Source: Vampirovibrionales bacterium
GTDB taxonomy: Bacteria > Cyanobacteriota > Vampirovibrionia > Vampirovibrionales > Vampirovibrionaceae
Assembly (NCBI GenBank): GCA_016712355.1
Contig: JADJRF010000005.1
Coordinates: forward strand, 1,997,184-2,061,183
DNA: 64,000 nucleotides
Direction of reading: 5' to 3'
The notes beneath the pieces were generated by a model. It worked only from the letters and a program-made list of their open reading frames with translations, was not told where the DNA came from and made no database searches. Position numbers and translations under genes: made by a program. Positions 58,709-64,000 of the stretch are shown here, piece after piece (position 1 is the stretch's first letter; each line of letters opens with the position of its first letter).

Positions 58709-58978
58709 GACCCCTCAGAAAACGTGTAACACCTTGGAAAGCCGTATTCAGATATACGAAGTATAGCATTTTTGATTAGCGCTGTCTAGTGTTTTTTTAA
58801 AATTTCGTGTGAATTTCAGGAGGGGGCATTCGTTTGTTCTGGAGGGCGGCGGGGTGAGGCGCGTTCGTCTTGCGACGAGTGGCTTTGAAACGGACAGGCA
58901 ATTTCGCCCGCGTCCTGGTTTAATTTACAGGAGCCCCCATTGTTTACTTTTATCAACAAGCCTTCGGAGTCTTCCCCC

Positions 58979-59356
58979 ATGGTTTCCATCAACCGATTCT
59001 CACCGCCGCCGGCTGCCAGCCCCCGTTTTGGCATGGCCTTCACGCCGGAAGCACAGGTACACCACGAGGCTAATAAGAAAATAGGAAAGGTTGTAATCGC
59101 GCTTGACGCTTTAAAAGACCCTAATTCCGAAATTTCTAATGCATTATTAGGACCCTTTAATGGCTGGAATGAAAGGGATCGCTCAACGCTTGATAAAGCT
59201 ATTAACACTTGGGCAAAAAGTAAGGATATTGTGAGTTTAATAGGGGTAATCCAGAAATTGAATTCAGCAGAGGCTATCATCCCTGATGAAATCATCATGC
59301 CCTTAAATAAGATTCATGCCAAAAAGCTCAAATCCAAAGAGCTTTATCAAATATAA
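58979..59356 (+). CDS. Small low-GC hypothetical protein (125 aa), MVSI..FSP..PRFGM-family gene 1
   Basis: N-terminal 20 codons nearly identical at DNA level to the 60380 gene. Alternative TTG start at 58940 is preceded by AGGAG. Confidence 0.5.
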   Translation: MVSINRFSPPPAASPRFGMAFTPEAQVHHEANKKIGKVVIALDALKDPNSEISNALLGPFNGWNERDRSTLDKAINTWAKSKDIVSLIGVIQKLNSAEAIIPDEIIMPLNKIHAKKLKSKELYQI

Positions 59357-59756
59357 TATTTATATAAAAATCTCTTGGCTTTTCACAAAATCCTTCCCTC
59401 TGAGTCTCATCAGCGCGCGGGTTTCCCTTTTGGAGGGACACCCGCGCCGCCGGAGGGGGCGGATTTGCCATTCGGATTATATTATAGTGCTTAAATGAAA
59501 GAAGCGTTCGTACCAGCAAGAGATACGGCTCTAGCATCAAAAGCGCCATTTGGATAAGCGCGAATTTTTGACTCGCGCCGCGTGACTTCCAGGCGAAAAG
59601 CACACTGATAACCGGCGCAAGCAGAATACTGAAGCCGAATACCGCCAGATAAATTCCGTGCCATGGCGGATCCAAGGCGGACGAATCAAAATGAAACGGA
59701 ATCAACACGAGCCGGATCGCGATACAGATGGCGTTGAAAATCAGAAGTTTATGCAT
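59328..59756 (-). CDS. Small 3-TM membrane protein (paralog of 59800..60078)
   Basis: MHKLLIFNAICIAIRLVL..PPWH..YLAVFGFSIL. AT-rich. Confidence 0.5.
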   Translation of the reverse strand: MHKLLIFNAICIAIRLVLIPFHFDSSALDPPWHGIYLAVFGFSILLAPVISVLFAWKSRGASQKFALIQMALLMLEPYLLLVRTLLSFKHYNIIRMANPPPPAARVSLQKGNPRADETQREGFCEKPRDFYINIIFDKALWI

Positions 59757-59799
59757 CGGACGCTTACCGGGGCTTTGAGCGATTCATCGGTTACGCGAA

Positions 59800-60078
59800 T
59801 TAGTCGTAGAGCCTGAATGAAAGAAAGGCGCGAAAAAACCAGAAATAAGGCTCGGCAATCAAGAACGCCATTTGGAGAATGGCTAATTTTTGATTCCTGC
59901 CGTCTGACTTCCAGGCAACAATCAAACTGACCGCCGCGCTAAACAGAATACTGAAGCCGACTGCCAGCAGATAAAGCTGATGCCACGGCGGAGCAAAATC
60001 CGAACCATCGAATAAAAACGCCCCCAACACAAGCCGGATCGCGATACAGATGGCGCTAGAAATCAGAAGTTTCTGCAT
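59800..60078 (-). CDS. Small 3-TM membrane protein (paralog of 59328..59756)
   Basis: MQKLLISSAICIAIRLVL..PPWHQLYLLAVGFSIL. The track ORF extends upstream into the repeat but without conservation. Confidence 0.5.
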   Translation of the reverse strand: MQKLLISSAICIAIRLVLGAFLFDGSDFAPPWHQLYLLAVGFSILFSAAVSLIVAWKSDGRNQKLAILQMAFLIAEPYFWFFRAFLSFRLYD

Positions 60079-60171
60079 GAGACTCTCACAGAGGGTCAAA
60101 CAGGCATTATACAACGCCTGTCTTCGACAATCCGTGCCGGATTGAGCCGCCTGCCTCACGCCCCACGGGGA

Positions 60172-60308
60172 GCCGCGCGCGCCGGAATGCGCCTTTACGG
60201 CGCGTGGGTCTCGGCGGTTTTTTGCAGGGCCGCCCACGCCAGAGGCGGCGGGCAGGTCGCGCCGGGCGCGGGTTTCAGGCGCAGCCAGAGGACGCGCGGC
60301 TTTACAAG
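60172..60308 (-). pseudogene. Start-less fragment homologous to the 3' end (last ~45 codons) of the pseudopilin gene 62416..63363, copy A
   Basis: The minus strand translates to ...LWLRLKPAPGATCPPPLAWAALQKTAETHAP*, matching ...IWLRLKPAPGATYPPRLAWAALQKTAEAPPLE*. Confidence 0.7.
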
Positions 60309-60379
60309 GGGACGTATTTTGATTACGATTGTCGTTTTCCTACACGTGTAACCGTTCTACTGTTCAGGAGGAATCTCTC

Positions 60380-60760
60380 ATGGTCTCCATCCGCCCATTC
60401 TCACCAGCCACGCCTCGTTTTGGGATGACCATGCCCGCCAAAGACGACAGAGAACGCTATGAGTTGGAAACAGTCCATGATCTCTTAGACGAGCTCAGAA
60501 ATATCCAACAGGATTTACCTCCGCAACCTGAGCACGAATCACCGTTAATAGATGCGGCTCAAATATTGCAGAAGTCTAAAAATAAGGGTTTTAAAAGAAC
60601 CCTTAAGACTGCCCTAACTGGATTTGCCCAGCCTTATCTACCCAATGAATTATTAAAATTATTATATAATTTGAAACAACTAGATTATTCAGTCCCCCAT
60701 TCTATCCTCAAGCCGATACTTAAGGTGTATAGAAAGAAGCTTGAATCGGGGGAACATTAA
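60380..60760 (+). CDS. Small low-GC hypothetical protein (126 aa), MVSI..FSP..PRFGM-family gene 2
   Basis: AGGAGG RBS 8 nt upstream of the ATG. N-terminus MVSIRPFSPATPRFGM. Confidence 0.55.
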   Translation: MVSIRPFSPATPRFGMTMPAKDDRERYELETVHDLLDELRNIQQDLPPQPEHESPLIDAAQILQKSKNKGFKRTLKTALTGFAQPYLPNELLKLLYNLKQLDYSVPHSILKPILKVYRKKLESGEH

Positions 60761-60773
60761 TAAAAGGAGTGTC

Positions 60774-60910
60774 GCCGCGCGCGCCGGAATACGATTCTAC
60801 GGCGCGTGGGACTCGGCGGTTTTTTGCAGGGCCGCCCACGCCAGAGGCGGCGGGCAGGTCGAGCCGGGCGCGGGTTTCAGGCGCAGCCAGAGGACGCGCG
60901 GCTTTACAAG
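60774..60910 (-). pseudogene. Pseudopilin 3'-end fragment, copy B (about 95% identical to copy A over about 135 bp)
   Basis: Same orientation as copy A and as the intact gene 3' end. Confidence 0.7.
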
Positions 60911-61012
60911 CGGGTGGGTTAAACGGCACTTGCATTTTGACTATAAGCGTAACAAACATCCCTGAAAACATACGATTGGGCGCCGGCGTCACACGAGTCG
61001 TATAATGGGAAG

Positions 61013-61363
61013 ATGCTGTATTACATTGCAAAATTAGGCCTCTCGGCCGCTCTGATTCTGGCCGTCAGTGAAATTGCCAAACGGTCGCCATTGCTTGGCG
61101 CCATAGTCGCCTCTCTCCCCCTGCTCTCTGTGCTGGCCATGATTTGGCTTTATCAGGAAACAAAAAATCCACAGGCGATTGCGACGCTTTCTTATTCAAT
61201 TTTCTGGATGGTTATTCCTTCTCTGGTTCTCTTTATTTCACTTCCCGAATTCCTCAAGAAGGATGTTCCGTTTTATCCGGCCTTATTATTTTCCAGTATA
61301 TTAACTGTTCTGGCTTATTTCCTGATGATATTTCTTCTTTCCAAAATAGGGACGAGAATATAA
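61013..61363 (+). CDS. Small 4-TM membrane protein (hypothetical)
   Basis: 116 aa, hydrophobic, AT-rich. Confidence 0.45.
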   Translation: MLYYIAKLGLSAALILAVSEIAKRSPLLGAIVASLPLLSVLAMIWLYQETKNPQAIATLSYSIFWMVIPSLVLFISLPEFLKKDVPFYPALLFSSILTVLAYFLMIFLLSKIGTRI

Positions 61364-61530
61364 AAGCGAATTTCTGATCCGGACAGACCGGGCAAAGCCG
61401 TGCCGGATTGATCCGCCTGCCTCCATGCGTCACGCCGCACAGGCAGTCATGCGGCGGCGGACGATCGCCTGTAGGGGGCGGGACTGGATTTGCGCCTCTC
61501 CAGAGGCGATTTCAGGGGCGGGGTCAGGCG

Positions 61531-62316
61531 TCAGCGTAAGGGGAGCATGATGTTTCCGCCTCCCTTGCCGACCACCACGGTCGTGGGCGAGACCCCGTTC
61601 CACTTTTTAACGATGTCTAACTCGATCACCTGCGGCGATGACTTCAGGGCCTGCCCCTTGATTTGGACGGCCTTGGCTTCCGCCTCGGCGTTGACCAACG
61701 TGATTTCCGCGTCTTTTTTGGCCTTATCCAATTCGTAGCGTTTGGCTAAAGCTTCTTGCTCCTTGATCTGCTTTTGTTCGATGGCATGCTCGAGATCATC
61801 GCTGAGATCGATATTGGCAATGGGAATATCCTGCACCACCAGCAGGCCATCTACTTTATGGCTGACCTTTTCCATGACGTTTCTTTTGACGGCCTCGCGA
61901 TTCTTGACCAGATCTTCAGCGCGGTAATTAGCGCTTTCTTCTTTGAGGCTTTCCTGAATCCGGGGCTCTAATAAAGATTGGTAGGGATCGCCCTGATATT
62001 TCTGAAACAGTTCGACGACTTTATTTTCCGGGATGCGGTAAAGCGCCTGGAAATCGACCTGCACGGTCTGCAAGTCGCTACTAAAGCAAGCTGCCTTTCC
62101 GCTAACCGTAATTTGCTTAATCGGGACCCGGACAATCTCTTCGATAAAGGGCATTTTAAGACTGAAGCCTTCGCGCCGAAAATGCCGGTCCACCGATCCC
62201 AGCGTCACGCTAATCCCGCGATATCCCGGCGGAATAATCGTAAAACACTGCTGAAACAGGAAAATCCCAACAAGGCTGAGCCCCAGAAGCGTCCAAACCT
62301 TGGCGGCAACCGGCAT
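61531..62316 (-). CDS. SPFH/band-7 (prohibitin/HflC-like) membrane protein
   Basis: N-terminal TM, SPFH core, and a C-terminal coiled-coil EQKQIKEQEALAKRYELDKAKKDAEI. Confidence 0.65.
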   Translation of the reverse strand: MPVAAKVWTLLGLSLVGIFLFQQCFTIIPPGYRGISVTLGSVDRHFRREGFSLKMPFIEEIVRVPIKQITVSGKAACFSSDLQTVQVDFQALYRIPENKVVELFQKYQGDPYQSLLEPRIQESLKEESANYRAEDLVKNREAVKRNVMEKVSHKVDGLLVVQDIPIANIDLSDDLEHAIEQKQIKEQEALAKRYELDKAKKDAEITLVNAEAEAKAVQIKGQALKSSPQVIELDIVKKWNGVSPTTVVVGKGGGNIMLPLR

Positions 62317-62415
62317 TTTTGACGAGAAAACGGGGAGGCGGGAGAACGTCATCTGGCGGGTTCCTTTCAGTGGGGGCGTCTGTCTTTATTTAGGCGTAAC
62401 GCCCCGCCCACGGCA

Positions 62416-63363
62416 TCATTCAAGTGGTGGGGCCTCGGCGGTTTTTTGCAGGGCCGCCCACGCCAGACGCGGCGGATAGGTCGCGCCGGGCGCGGGTTTC
62501 AGGCGCAGCCAGATGACAGCGCCTGACGGGCTCGCCAGCGGCTGAACCTCGTAGGTCTGCGCCCAGGCGGCGTAAGGCTGCGCGCCCGGCGCGGCCATCG
62601 CGTCCAGAGCCCCGCGATCGACGCCGTTGATGATCACCCGCATCGCGCGCATGCCGCGCCGGGCCAAGGGGTCGCCCTCGGCAACGCCCAGCGTTAAACG
62701 ATAACGGGCCTGCGCCGAGGCGGGGAATCCGTAGGCCAGCTCCGGCGCTTCCTCGCCGTCTGCAAACAGAATGGGGTCGGGCGTCTGCGCGATGTCGCGG
62801 CGCAGGACGTAGCGCGCGGGCGTCAAGCCGGACAGCCATCCGCCGCGACGATCGCCGGGCTTCCACGTAAAAGGCTGGCGCGACGGGGACCACGTACGAC
62901 CGGCCGCGTCGCGGTAATAAGCGGCGGGCGCGCCGAGATTCCAGCCGCGAAAGTCGGGAGCGATGTCGCGGCTCATCTGCATCAGGGGGGCGCGGCCCTT
63001 GATGTCGCGATACAGCGTCAGACGCGCCACCCAGCGATCGGCGCGACGCGGATCGCTCCAGATCTCGCGGCGATAGAACAGAGGCGAACGGTCCGGCAAA
63101 AAGACGGCCTTGATCTGCGGCGAGCCGTAAGCGGCCTGCATCGCGGGATGGGCGGCGTTGGGCTCGTGAATCAGCGCGCTGGCGGCGGCGGCCTGGAACT
63201 GCTGGCGCGCGCTCTCGCGCAGACGGGCCTCTGAACGCTCCAGCATCAGAAACAGAATGGCCGTCGCGATGGCGAAAAACGTCAGCGCGGCCATCGTTTC
63301 AACCAGCGACCAGCCCCGCGACGCGGCGGATGTCGAGAAGAAAGGCGGACGCTTAGCGTTCAT
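62416..63363 (-). CDS. Pseudopilin/minor pilin-like protein with prepilin-type N-terminal cleavage/methylation motif
   Basis: ...SRG|WSLVETMAALTFFAIATAILFLML matches the G-[FW]-[TS]-L-[IV]-E prepilin signature. Start at MNAKRPPFF (63363). Confidence 0.6.
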   Translation of the reverse strand: MNAKRPPFFSTSAASRGWSLVETMAALTFFAIATAILFLMLERSEARLRESARQQFQAAAASALIHEPNAAHPAMQAAYGSPQIKAVFLPDRSPLFYRREIWSDPRRADRWVARLTLYRDIKGRAPLMQMSRDIAPDFRGWNLGAPAAYYRDAAGRTWSPSRQPFTWKPGDRRGGWLSGLTPARYVLRRDIAQTPDPILFADGEEAPELAYGFPASAQARYRLTLGVAEGDPLARRGMRAMRVIINGVDRGALDAMAAPGAQPYAAWAQTYEVQPLASPSGAVIWLRLKPAPGATYPPRLAWAALQKTAEAPPLE

Positions 63364-64000
63364 CGCCTGCTTCAACGTCGTAGAAAGAGCGCAGCGCCGG
63401 GCGCGAGCAGGCGTCGGAGAGGGTGCGGCAGGTCTGATAGGCGGTTTCAACCCGGCCGGTTTGATTATCGACGCGCAGCAGCACGCGATCGCCTTCTTCG
63501 CCCAAGCCGTTAGGGGCTTCGGCGCCGTTGACGTCGAGGAGAATCCATTCGCGGTCGTGAGTCTGGGGCATCACGTTGCCGTCGGGCTGCGTCGCCTGGG
63601 GCAACTGGCGCTGCGGATCCGGGATATCGCCGCGCTCGGGAAAAAGATAGGCCGTCATGCCGGACGGGTATTGTAATAAGGCAGGCGGACCTGGAATATA
63701 ACGCGCGCGGGTTTCGTACCGGGCCAAAACATCGGCCATGCCGTTTGGATACAGCAGTCGATCGCCGCAGGCGAGGCGGCCACAGGTTTCGACGGCATCC
63801 AGCGGGCCGCGCCCGTAAGCGTAATAGACAGATTCGTAAGCCGCGCTTAATTCCTGACGAAAATCGCGGACCAGGGCCGCCCAGGTCTGATGCGGCCGCC
63901 TGCCCAGCAACGCCAGCGAGAGGGCCGCCAATGCGACGCCAATGAGAAGGGCCACGCCGACTTCCACCCAGCCAACGCCGCGACGCGACGGGCGAACGAC
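63353..64000 (-). CDS. Second pilin-like protein (5' end outside the window)
   Basis: The reading frame continues past 63967: RRGVGWVEVGVALLIGVALAALSLALL is a degenerate prepilin-like hydrophobic N-terminus. Confidence 0.4.
   Translation of the reverse strand, partial: VVRPSRRGVGWVEVGVALLIGVALAALSLALLGRRPHQTWAALVRDFRQELSAAYESVYYAYGRGPLDAVETCGRLACGDRLLYPNGMADVLARYETRARYIPGPPALLQYPSGMTAYLFPERGDIPDPQRQLPQATQPDGNVMPQTHDREWILLDVNGAEAPNGLGEEGDRVLLRVDNQTGRVETAYQTCRTLSDACSRPALRSFYDVEAGDER

Noticed and set aside
53335-61400. Classical integron (intI/attI with attC-bounded cassettes)
   Set aside because: No integron integrase or attI is present in the window. The repeats are not attC-like imperfect palindromes with R/L boxes. 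The analogy is kept only as a hypothesis.

Overview
This is a 64-kb chromosomal window from a high-GC bacterium, roughly 65% GC by eye. Most of it is housekeeping.

Core genes: the rpsB-tsf-pyrH operon, rubrerythrin, ileS, two tandem Zn-alcohol dehydrogenases, yceD-recO, an MFS transporter plus three glycosyltransferases, GTP-dependent pckG, a class A PBP, an SLH-domain protein, tsaC, rfbC/rfbB/rfbD, lysA-cdaA (a cyanobacteria-like arrangement), truB, a DEAD-box helicase and pheA.

Among these sit several accessory or unusual patches:

- 53.3-54.4 kb: two tandem low-GC cassettes. Each is a GC-rich hairpin repeat, an AT-rich leader and a small ORF with a shared VRFGKI N-terminus. They lie between cdaA and truB, about 1 kb from tRNA-Gly(CCC).
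- 55.4-56.2 kb: a hicA/hicB-like toxin-antitoxin pair follows the tRNA.
- 58.8-62.4 kb: an AT-rich mosaic island. It holds two paralogous small soluble proteins (MVSI..FSP..PRFGM N-termini), two paralogous 3-TM membrane proteins, an SPFH protein and a small membrane protein. It also holds three direct copies of the 3' end of an adjacent pseudopilin gene and a second short repeat family. This looks like serial cassette insertion at the pseudopilin 3' end.
- Several tandem paralog pairs of unknown function occur elsewhere: secreted proteins at 8.8-11.4 kb, zinc-ribbon proteins at 5.3-6.6 kb, RHH proteins at 47.6-48.0 kb, and a shared N-terminal module at 17.8-19.0 kb.
- Two EF-hand proteins with Tyr/Gly-rich low-complexity regions are present.
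- A 3 x 31-bp intergenic tandem repeat sits at 23.45 kb.

The supplied ORF track uses TTG as a start codon, so several track starts are probably upstream extensions.
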